NCBI GenBank assembly: GCA_963676795.2
Contig: CAXXTB010000002.1
Location: 928,001-992,000, forward strand
Length of the DNA stretch: 64,000 nt
Origin: Geopsychrobacteraceae bacterium
GTDB lineage: Bacteria > Desulfobacterota > Desulfuromonadia > Desulfuromonadales > Geopsychrobacteraceae
Direction: 5' to 3'
The notes under the pieces were generated by a model. The model ran no database searches. It was not told the origin of the DNA and saw only the letters and a program-made list of their open reading frames with translations. The position numbers were made by a program, and so were the translations under genes. Positions 56,202 through 64,000 of the stretch are shown here, in pieces (the first letter of the stretch is position 1; each line of letters starts with the position of its first letter).

Positions 56202-57209
56202 ATGGGTAAGAAAGTATTTATTGATTTGAGCCATCCTTTCAGTGCTGAAGCTCCACGCTGGCCATACTTTGAAAAGGCGACTGTTGACAGTGCCCACACC
56301 ATGGCTAAAAGCGGTGTTCTGACTCAATGGATCAACGTACCACAGCATACCGGTACTCACTGTGATGCTCCACGTCACGTCATGGAATACGAGTTCGATG
56401 GTCGTCGCGCCAGATATACCCACGAAATGCCGATCGATGCCTATACCGGTGAGGCTGTCTGTCTGCCTATCGAGGTCGAGCCATGGGCTCTGATCAAGCC
56501 TGCTGATCTTGAAGCGGGTTGTGCCAAAGCGAAAATCAAACCGTCAGAGCTGGCTGGCATGGTTGTCGTTCTGGATACCGGCATGCACAAGTACTACGAC
56601 GATTCCAAAGCTTACTATCACTATGCCTGCGGTACTGGTGTTGACGCCGGTAACTGGTTTGTCGAGCACAAGGTCAAGTGTGTTGCCATGGACGGCCAGG
56701 CTCTTGATCACCCTCTGCACACCGCCATGGGTGTCAATGGTGGTACCCGTCTGAACCTGCTCGGTCATTCCGGTCGTCATCTGGTTGATGAGTACAAAGA
56801 GCTGTTCGGTGAAGAGGCTTATGCCGAATTCGACAAGGATGAATTCATCCGGGTGTTTGGCCAGAATGCATACGACGAGAAATATGGTTTCCTCGAAGCC
56901 CACAGCGGTTGGGGTACCTGGGAACCTTGTCACAAGCTGATGCTGGGTAATGGCATCGTCGGTGTCGAAAACCTCGGCGGCGACCTGTCCAAGGTCAGCG
57001 GCAAGCGTTTCCGTTTCAACTGCTTCCCGATGCGCTGGTACATGGGCGACGGTTCGATTGCCCGTTGTGTTGCCGAGATCGATGAAGACCAGCTTAATGA
57101 TGTACCGACCAGAGAGTATTTCTACTGCGGTACCGGCTATGCAGATGCAGCTCATGGCGGCGCAAACGGTTCCGAATATATCACGCGTTTGTTCAATCGT
57201 AATAAATAA
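56202..57209 (+). CDS. Cyclase (KynB-like) metal hydrolase, probable dihydrophloroglucinol ring hydrolase
   Basis: HTGTHCDAPRH, HKLMLGNGIVGVEN. Confidence 0.75.
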   Translation: MGKKVFIDLSHPFSAEAPRWPYFEKATVDSAHTMAKSGVLTQWINVPQHTGTHCDAPRHVMEYEFDGRRARYTHEMPIDAYTGEAVCLPIEVEPWALIKPADLEAGCAKAKIKPSELAGMVVVLDTGMHKYYDDSKAYYHYACGTGVDAGNWFVEHKVKCVAMDGQALDHPLHTAMGVNGGTRLNLLGHSGRHLVDEYKELFGEEAYAEFDKDEFIRVFGQNAYDEKYGFLEAHSGWGTWEPCHKLMLGNGIVGVENLGGDLSKVSGKRFRFNCFPMRWYMGDGSIARCVAEIDEDQLNDVPTREYFYCGTGYADAAHGGANGSEYITRLFNRNK

Positions 57210-57230
57210 AGTCGTTTTCGCGCCAGCCAT

Positions 57231-57268
57231 TTGGAACGCTCCCGGAAGAACTCCCGGGGGCGTTCCAA
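57231..57268. other. Intra-operon hairpin
   Basis: ttggaacgctcccgg / ccgggggcgttccaa. Confidence 0.65.
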
Positions 57269-57348
57269 AAGTACTTCTGAAGCTGATACTGACCCTGTGT
57301 CTGATGCTTGTGAGTGGCCGGCAATGTGTGAAGAAAGGGATAGATATT

Positions 57349-58536
57349 ATGCAGACAGAAGACGTCGTCATTTTAAGTGGTGCCCGTACGCCTATCGGCG
57401 ATTTTCAGGGCGCATTGAAAAGTGTTATGCCGGTAGAACTGGCTTGTATCGCTGCCAGTGAAGCGATCAAGAGAAGTCAGATTGCCCCGGAGCAGTTTGA
57501 AGAGCTTGCTCTGGGAATGCTTTATAAGCAGGGCTCCAAGGGAAACCCGGCCCGGCAGGTTCAGATCAAGAGTGGCATGCCTGACAGCAGTTGGGCTTAT
57601 ACCGTGGATCAGCAGTGCGCTTCCGGAATGCGGGCCTTCGAGAGTGTCGCTGCCTCTATTCAGCTTGGTAAGACATCTATCGGTCTCGCCGGTGGAGTCG
57701 AGAGCATGTCAAACGCGCCCTACCTGTTAATGAAAGCGCGCGATGGACATCGGATGGGGGATCAAATGGTCCTCGACAGTATGCTCTATGACGGACTGGT
57801 CTGTGCCCTGTATGGCAAACACATGGGGTGTACCGCTGAAAACCTGGCTGAAAAATACAATATCACTCGTCAAGAACAGGACGAATTGTCCCTTCTGAGC
57901 CACCAGCGGGCAACCGCAGCGATTGAAACAGGGGTGTTTGAAGAGGAGATCGTTCCTGTAACCATAAAGAATAAAAAGGGTGATGTCGTCGTCTCCAGGG
58001 ATGAACATCCCCGTAAGGATATAAGCCTTGAAAAACTGGCGTCGCTGCGGCCTGCGTTCCGGGAAAACGGAACAGTCACCGCCGGCAATGCCTCCAGTGT
58101 CAACGATGGTGCTGCTGCCCTGGTTTTGAGCAGCGCGACCAAGGCGGAAGAGTTGGGTGTCAGGCCCATCGCCAAGATCCTGTCTATCGCAAATGCCGGA
58201 GTCGCCCCTGAGATCATGGGGATCGGACCTGCCTATGCCATCCCCAAAGCTCTGGATATGGCCGGGCTGACCCTCGATGATATCGGCTGTTTCGAGATCA
58301 ATGAAGCCTTTGCCGCCCAGTTCCTTGCCTGTGACCGCGAGTTGAAGCTGGACATGAGCAAGGTCAATATCAACGGTTCCGGCATCGGCCTGGGGCATCC
58401 CGTAGGCTGTACCGGCGCCCGCATTCTGGTCTCACTTATTCATCAGATGAAGCGCATGGGAAGCCGTTACGGGCTGGCCTCCCTCTGTGTCGGCGGCGGA
58501 CCGGCTATGGCGACCGTTGTCAAGTTGATTGATTAA
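57349..58536 (+). CDS. Acetyl-CoA C-acetyltransferase (thiolase)
   Basis: QCASG, NEAFA, GHPVGCTG, CVGGG. Confidence 0.95.
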   Translation: MQTEDVVILSGARTPIGDFQGALKSVMPVELACIAASEAIKRSQIAPEQFEELALGMLYKQGSKGNPARQVQIKSGMPDSSWAYTVDQQCASGMRAFESVAASIQLGKTSIGLAGGVESMSNAPYLLMKARDGHRMGDQMVLDSMLYDGLVCALYGKHMGCTAENLAEKYNITRQEQDELSLLSHQRATAAIETGVFEEEIVPVTIKNKKGDVVVSRDEHPRKDISLEKLASLRPAFRENGTVTAGNASSVNDGAAALVLSSATKAEELGVRPIAKILSIANAGVAPEIMGIGPAYAIPKALDMAGLTLDDIGCFEINEAFAAQFLACDRELKLDMSKVNINGSGIGLGHPVGCTGARILVSLIHQMKRMGSRYGLASLCVGGGPAMATVVKLID

Positions 58537-58560
58537 TCATCACTTATAGGAGGAAGCACT

Positions 58561-59508
58561 ATGAGTATCAAGACTGTGACAGTCATTGGTGCAGGAATGA
58601 TGGGCAACGCGCTGGCTCAGGTTTTTGCCTCTAATCCTGACATTGAGAGGGTCATTTTAAGAACCAGGCAGCTCAAGGATGATCGTTTCGAACCTATCGA
58701 AAAAAATCTCGATATCATGATTGCCGCTGGTGCGGCAACCGAGGAAGAGAAGGTTTTCGTTCTGCGGCGCGTAGAGTTCATCACCGATTTGAAGGAAGCG
58801 ACCAAGGATTCGGATTTTGTCATTGAGTGCGCCCCTGAGGTGCTGGAGACGAAGCAGGACCTGTTCGCGGAGATTGAGGGTTACTGCGAGGACACGACGA
58901 TTCTCGCGACCAACACCTCGGTCATGAGTCCGACGGAAATTGCTGAGAAGTGCACTCATAAAGAGCGCGTCGTCGGAGCCCACTTCTGGAATCCGGGTCA
59001 CCTGATTCCCCTGGTCGAGGTGGTCAAGTCTGCCTACACCTCGGAAGAGGTTATGGATGCGACCATGGATCTGATGGCCAAGTGTGGCAAGGAACCGATC
59101 TACTGCAAGAAAGACGTTCCCGGTTTCGTCGCCAACCGCCTGCAGCATGCCCTGTGGCGTGAAGCCTTCTATATGGTGGAAAACGGCATTGCTGATGCGG
59201 CGACGGTCGACAAGGCCTGCAAGTTCGGACCGGGACTGCGCTGGCCGCAGATGGGGCCGATGGAAAACAGTGATATGGCAGGCCTGGATCTGACCAGAAA
59301 CATTCATAAATACATTCTCAAACATCTGGCAGACAACCACGAGCACAGTCATATGCTGGATGACATGTTGGAGCAGGGGCTGAACGGTTTCAAGACAGGT
59401 GGCAAAGGCTGGCAGGAGTGGACACCTGAACAGATGGAGGCGTCCTTTACTGGATTGCGCGAATATCTTCTTGAGTATCTGGCTAAGCGTAAACAGGGAA
59501 GTCGCTAG
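58561..59508 (+). CDS. 3-hydroxyacyl-CoA/carnitine dehydrogenase family protein (probable 3-hydroxy-5-oxohexanoate dehydrogenase)
   Basis: GAGMMG, ATNTS, HFWNPGHLIPLVE, GFVANRLQHALWRE. Confidence 0.8.
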   Translation: MSIKTVTVIGAGMMGNALAQVFASNPDIERVILRTRQLKDDRFEPIEKNLDIMIAAGAATEEEKVFVLRRVEFITDLKEATKDSDFVIECAPEVLETKQDLFAEIEGYCEDTTILATNTSVMSPTEIAEKCTHKERVVGAHFWNPGHLIPLVEVVKSAYTSEEVMDATMDLMAKCGKEPIYCKKDVPGFVANRLQHALWREAFYMVENGIADAATVDKACKFGPGLRWPQMGPMENSDMAGLDLTRNIHKYILKHLADNHEHSHMLDDMLEQGLNGFKTGGKGWQEWTPEQMEASFTGLREYLLEYLAKRKQGSR

Positions 59509-59585
59509 TTAGCATAAACCAGTAACAATAATTTATGGGGGTATCAAAGATGGTTAGAAAGCATTTGGAGGACGGTAATTTGGCT

Positions 59586-60905
59586 ATGGCTAGTGACCAC
59601 AAGGAGAGAAAAACTGAAACATCTAAGGCTATTGGTAAGTTCGGTGCCAGGGGCTGGATTGTGATTTTTTATTGCATGCTGATGTTTTGGTTTTATGCAG
59701 GTACGGTTAATGACGGGTCAAATATTATTGCACCTGCAATGGCAGCGAAAACAGGAGTTGATTATCCCGTAATTTTAAGTATGGGAACACTTGCAGGTAT
59801 CGTCGCATTTGTATTTTTTGTAATTTTTGGTCAGATCAATACCTGGATTGGCGTTCGTCTAACCTCAGCGATTTGTATGGTTATTGCGGGGGCGGGATAT
59901 ATTTTTGTTGGACAGGCCACTTCCATCGTTGGCTATGCTGTGGCTCTCTGTGTTGTAGCCGGAGCAGTCATGTCGGCTGGATATATCTGTGGCGGAGTCT
60001 TTGTTGCCAACTGGTTCCCCAAAAAGAAGGGGATCGTCATGGGCTATACAACTATGGGGCTGAATTTTGCTTCAGCATTTTATGTACCTATGATTGCGGC
60101 ATTAGTCGGCATTTTTGGAGTTACTCGTGGTGTAATGCTGCCCGGTATTGTTTGTATTATGGCTGGAGTTCTGGGTTATGTGTTTATGCGAAGCACGCCC
60201 ATGGAGTATGGCAAGTATCCTGATAATGTAAGTAAGGAGGAATACGAGGAAGAGTATTTTACTAAAACCCTTGATTCTAGCGGTGGTTGGACTACGAAAC
60301 GTCTTCTGAAGACCCGCGAGCTTTGGTTGTGTGCTGTATCAACAGGCATTCTGCAATTGGTTACGTCTGGGATTGTTACACAGTTGGTAGTGCGCAATGT
60401 TCATTTGGGGTTTGAGCAAAATAAAGCCATTGCCATGATGACAGTGGTTGCAGTTGTTGGAATATTTGGATCCTGGGCCTTTGGTGTTCTTGATCAGAAA
60501 ATGGGTACACGTAAAGCGATGGTCATATTTGCAATTTGGGAAGTTGTGGCACTTCTAGCAAATATTACTGAAACATCAGCAGGTGTCTATATTTCCATTG
60601 TAATGATTGGTATGTCTATTGGGGGTTCTGCGAACTTTACTGTGTCTTTGCCAACTAATGTTTTTGGTCGTCATGGTTTTAGTAAGGTAAATAGCGTAGT
60701 ATTTCCGATCCAGGGGTTAATTACTTCTATTGCATTTGTTATTAATGCCTTGTCCCTGCATTATACTGGTGCGCTAAGGGGTTCATATGTTGCCTTTATT
60801 GGATTTGTAATTGTGAGTATGGTTTTGGCACTGCTTGTTAAAGAACACAAGTACAACCGTGATTTTCATGTTGAAGAAGAACATATGCGTCATATAACTG
60901 GTTAG
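59586..60905 (+). CDS. MFS transporter (AT-rich relative to neighbours)
   Basis: About 12 TM segments, NWFPKKKG; start uncertain (59535-59586). Confidence 0.85.
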   Translation: MASDHKERKTETSKAIGKFGARGWIVIFYCMLMFWFYAGTVNDGSNIIAPAMAAKTGVDYPVILSMGTLAGIVAFVFFVIFGQINTWIGVRLTSAICMVIAGAGYIFVGQATSIVGYAVALCVVAGAVMSAGYICGGVFVANWFPKKKGIVMGYTTMGLNFASAFYVPMIAALVGIFGVTRGVMLPGIVCIMAGVLGYVFMRSTPMEYGKYPDNVSKEEYEEEYFTKTLDSSGGWTTKRLLKTRELWLCAVSTGILQLVTSGIVTQLVVRNVHLGFEQNKAIAMMTVVAVVGIFGSWAFGVLDQKMGTRKAMVIFAIWEVVALLANITETSAGVYISIVMIGMSIGGSANFTVSLPTNVFGRHGFSKVNSVVFPIQGLITSIAFVINALSLHYTGALRGSYVAFIGFVIVSMVLALLVKEHKYNRDFHVEEEHMRHITG

Positions 60906-60943
60906 TAATAATTAAACATAATGTTTTAAAATGTAGTTGAGAC

Positions 60944-60976
60944 TGACAACCAACTGTTTTTTTCAGTTGGTTGTCA
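60944..60976. other. Intergenic hairpin
   Basis: tgacaaccaactg-ttttttt-cagttggttgtca. Confidence 0.65.
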
Positions 60977-61052
60977 ATCGAGTAAGTAATTTGAATCCGT
61001 AGTTTTTAAATATATTTAACTAATAACGTAAAATTTAGTGGAGGGTCGTAAA

Positions 61053-61892
61053 ATGAACAATAAAACTATCATTACCGTTGCTGTAACCGGTGCCTGGCCA
61101 AAAAAGAAGGACAACCCGAACGTTCCGATGACTCCTTCCGAGATTGCCGACGACGTTTACGCTTGTTGGAAAGCTGGTGCTGCGGTTGCCCACCTGCACA
61201 TGCGCGATGATGAGGGTAATGGGACCATGAGCGCTGACAAGTTCCGTGAAACCGAACAGCTGCTCAAGTCAAGATACCCAGATTGTGACGTTATCCTCAA
61301 CTACACCACCTCCGGCGATCTGAACGCGACCGACGAAACCCGTATGGCTCACCTGATCGAGCTCAAGCCCGATATGGCTTCCTACGACTGCGGTACCATG
61401 AACTGGGGCCACAGCACCCTGTTCGTCAACCATCCAAAATTCCTGGAAAAATTGGGTGAAGTTCTGATTGAGAACAACATCAAGCCAGAAGTTGAGATCT
61501 TCGACGCAGGGATGTTCTACAACTCCCGTTACTACGTCAAAAAGAACTTCCTGAAAGAGCCGGTTCACTACCAGTTCGTTCTCGGCGCTCCTGGCGGTTC
61601 CACTGCGACCGTTGAAAACCTGGTTTACCTGAAGAGCCTGCTGCCGGAAAACTGCACCTGGTCCGCTTTCGGTATCGGCCGTGGTCACCTGCCAATCATG
61701 TACGCTACCCTGGCCCTCGGCGGTCACCTGCGCGTCGGTCTGGAAGACAACGTCATGTACGACAAGGACACTCTGGCTACCGGTAACGTTCAGCTGATCG
61801 AGCGTGCTGTTCGTGCTGCTCGCGAATTCGGTAATGAAATTGCGACTCCGGCAGAGGCTCGCGAAATGCTGAGCCTTAAAAAAGTTGATTGA
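61053..61892 (+). CDS. BKACE/DUF849 beta-keto acid cleavage enzyme (probable triacetate cleavage)
   Basis: IITVAVTG, AHLHMRD, KPEVEIFD, GGHLRVGLEDN. Confidence 0.88.
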   Translation: MNNKTIITVAVTGAWPKKKDNPNVPMTPSEIADDVYACWKAGAAVAHLHMRDDEGNGTMSADKFRETEQLLKSRYPDCDVILNYTTSGDLNATDETRMAHLIELKPDMASYDCGTMNWGHSTLFVNHPKFLEKLGEVLIENNIKPEVEIFDAGMFYNSRYYVKKNFLKEPVHYQFVLGAPGGSTATVENLVYLKSLLPENCTWSAFGIGRGHLPIMYATLALGGHLRVGLEDNVMYDKDTLATGNVQLIERAVRAAREFGNEIATPAEAREMLSLKKVD

Positions 61893-61915
61893 TGATCTGA
61901 GATGGGAGTTGCTGC

Positions 61916-62611
61916 GTGAATAAGGAATTGTGCCTGGAAGAGGCACTGTCGCATATAAAAAGCGGTATGACACTGATGGTCAATGGGTTTCTGGGGGTAA
62001 AAAGCCCGGAAACCGTTATCGATGCCATCCTTGAACGGGGTCTTAAAGACCTCACCCTGATAGCAAACGATACCTCCATGCCTGGAGTGGGGGTGAGCAA
62101 ACTGATAGCTCAGCACCGGGTCAAGAGCCTGTATACGTCCCATATCGGGACGAATCCGGAAACCGGAAAACAGATGAACAACGGAGATCTGGATGTTGTT
62201 CTTGTTCCGCAAGGGACCCTGGCCGAGAGGATTCGTTGTGGCGGGTCGGGTCTTGGTGGCTTTTTAACCCCGACCGGAGTCGGCACCGATGTCGAGAACG
62301 GCAAGAAAAAGATGTCAGTAGGTGGTGTGGATTACCTGCTAGAGCATCCGCTGCGTGCTGATGTTGCCCTGCTTAAGGGCTCTGTTGTCGATCGATCCGG
62401 GAATGTCTACTATCGGGGTACGACGAAAAACTTCAGTCAGGTGATGGCGATGGCCGCGGACTTTGTCATCGTTGAGGCTGAAGAAATTGTCGAGATTGGT
62501 GCTCTGGGGCCAGATATGATCATGACCCCGGCCATTTTTGTCGATGCCATTGTACAGAGTGGTGCACTTGCCGGAGGAGCTTCGTTAGTGAGGGATGGTT
62601 ATGCTCAGTGA
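61916..62611 (+). CDS. 3-oxoacid CoA-transferase subunit A (AtoD-like)
   Basis: SHIGTNPE, PQGTLAERIRCGGSG. Confidence 0.92.
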   Translation: MNKELCLEEALSHIKSGMTLMVNGFLGVKSPETVIDAILERGLKDLTLIANDTSMPGVGVSKLIAQHRVKSLYTSHIGTNPETGKQMNNGDLDVVLVPQGTLAERIRCGGSGLGGFLTPTGVGTDVENGKKKMSVGGVDYLLEHPLRADVALLKGSVVDRSGNVYYRGTTKNFSQVMAMAADFVIVEAEEIVEIGALGPDMIMTPAIFVDAIVQSGALAGGASLVRDGYAQ

Positions 62612-63245
62612 TAAGGATCTGATAGCCAGGCGAGCGGCCCAGGAGCTCAAAGACGGCGATGTCGTCAATCTGGGCATCGGTCTGCCGACCCTGGTTTCCA
62701 ACTTTGTTCCGGAGGGTATTCATATCACCCTGCATGCTGAGAACGGCATCCTGGGGATGGGCCCTTCAAGCCGGGAGGGCAGCGAGGACAGCGACATTAT
62801 CAATGCGGGCGGTTCCCACGTTGATATCCTGCCGGGTGCAAGCTTTTTTGACAGTGCGACCTCTTTCGCCATCATCCGTGGCGGTCATATCGACATCACC
62901 ATCCTTGGCGCATTGCAGGTTGACGCCAGGGGGAATATCGCCAGCCACATGGTTCCTGGAAAAATGGTTCCGGGGATGGGCGGAGCGATGGATCTGGTTG
63001 CCGGAGCCAAAAAGGTTATCGTCGCCATGCAGCACACGGCAAAGGGGAGCCACAAGATCATGAAGGAATGCACCCTGCCGTTGACTGGCGTTGGTGTCGT
63101 CGACATGATCATTACTGATATGGGCGTTATGGAAGTCACTGAAAACGGACTTCTGCTCAAAGAAATCAGGCCGGGTGTCAAGCTGGCCGATGTTATCGCG
63201 GCGACCGATGCAGAGTTGCTGCTGCCGGAAGAAATGGTTGTTTAG
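62601..63245 (+). CDS. 3-oxoacid CoA-transferase subunit B (AtoA-like)
   Basis: VNLGIGLP, AENG, GMGGAMDL. Confidence 0.92.
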   Translation: MLSDKDLIARRAAQELKDGDVVNLGIGLPTLVSNFVPEGIHITLHAENGILGMGPSSREGSEDSDIINAGGSHVDILPGASFFDSATSFAIIRGGHIDITILGALQVDARGNIASHMVPGKMVPGMGGAMDLVAGAKKVIVAMQHTAKGSHKIMKECTLPLTGVGVVDMIITDMGVMEVTENGLLLKEIRPGVKLADVIAATDAELLLPEEMVV

Positions 63246-63367
63246 GGGACGACGTTTCGGGGGAGCCCCTGGGGTTCCCCTGCATTCAAACCGGTGCGGA
63301 GCGTTGCTTTGCTCTGTTCGTGCGGACCTACGGAATGTCGTGAATTTCCACAGGAGAGGAGGACAGG

Positions 63368-63832
63368 GTGGCCAATATCGTTCATACTTCACGAATCAAG
63401 ATTTCCAGAGAGCAGGGACCGACCCGGATCGCCAGGATAGAGGGGTTTGATGAGCCAATTATTTTTGGCGTACATGGCGGCATAAAGAAATTCTACAAGG
63501 TCGATCCTGTTGAGGAACATGCGGCGACCTTGGATCATATAGTCGGCGCTGTCGCCGCCTGAATGATGGGGACCTTCGCCAGCGTGCTGGCGATCAAAAA
63601 GATCCGGACCCATACCGACCGCTTTGAGGCACAGGTTGAAGGGGACATCGAAGATGTCGATGGCGTCCTGAGGATTACCGTTATTCGCGTTCATTACCTG
63701 TTGAAGCTAAGGACCAGAGAAGAGGCGGATGCCCGCTGGGCGATGGGGCGGTATATCGAAAACTGCCCGGCTGCCATGAGCGTAAGAGGCTGTATCCGCA
63801 TCGAGGATTCTGTGGGTTTTCAATATGAGTAA
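63368..63832 (+). CDS. OsmC/Ohr-family protein with in-frame UGA (selenocysteine) at 63560-63562
   Basis: Two track ORFs are contiguous in frame: TLDHIVGAVAA-U-MMGTF, with a second Cys in ENCPAA; SECIS-like hairpin follows. Confidence 0.85.
63571..63595 (+). promoter_or_regulatory. Bacterial SECIS-like hairpin
   Basis: Stem tcgccag/ctggcga, loop CGTG starting 21 nt after the UGA. Confidence 0.7.
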
Positions 63833-64000
63833 GGGGATTGCTAAAATCTTGGTGTATAAATTGAGTAACGGTGATCATTAAGAACAAGATTGATCTTGAC
63901 CGTTTAGTTAATACCAATTTTAAATCTGATAAAGATATTTAAATAGATAGGATCAGAATTAGATTTTGTGTGGCAGGTGAAAGATAATAATGAAGAGAAT

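Noticed and set aside
56950..57348. 133-aa N-terminal extension of the thiolase
   Set aside because: Overlaps the cyclase gene and a hairpin; thiolase similarity and an RBS point to a start at 57349.
61053..63245. Lysine fermentation (kce + atoDA)
   Set aside because: No kamA, kamDE, kdd or kal genes; the SDR + cyclase + dehydrogenase context fits phloroglucinol better.
63368..63832. Calling the OsmC-like gene a pseudogene or two genes
   Set aside because: The UGA aligns with the catalytic Cys position and is followed by a SECIS-like hairpin.

Overview
64 kb of a GC-rich chromosome from an anaerobic bacterium. Gene content (sigma54 regulators, NifB/NifX-MinD-Mrp operon, TRAP-LarA-Lut, an in-frame UGA with a SECIS-like hairpin) suggests Desulfuromonadia/Desulfobacterota; this taxonomy is inferred. 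Layout: (1) 1-11.4 kb housekeeping and efflux genes (YbbR-domain fragment, MFS, DUF1499, MarR-ABC-ABC-MATE, EAL/HDOD, YdjM-like hydrolase). (2) 11.5-29.9 kb an accessory/defence hotspot ending at tRNA-Leu(CAA). Small gene units (M15A peptidase pair, vapBC, a defence block, a SoFic-like Fic gene, hypotheticals) are separated by clusters of a modular non-coding repeat family built from 9-10 nt periodic units, and the modules switch orientation across the central block. That block holds a methyltransferase, an SBD-like-HNH nuclease, Mrr, a PHP-ATPase (Ppl/TrlF-like, followed by a degenerate attC-like site) and a MazG-like + nuclease-helicase-S24 pair. An MNT-HEPN pair sits between perfect 60-bp direct repeats of the tRNA 3' end. 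(3) 30-50 kb metabolic genes (HxlR/AcuI-like, TRAP + LarA + LutA/LutB-C, a sigma54-controlled Fe-S/NifX operon, a CoA-disulfide-reductase-like gene) with a second ~200-bp repeat family. (4) 50-64 kb a hybrid histidine kinase, an orphan SAM-I riboswitch with no downstream gene, a sigma54-dependent cluster matching the anaerobic phloroglucinol pathway, and an OsmC-family selenoprotein candidate split by UGA in the ORF track. All calls come from reading motifs by eye; no database searches were run.
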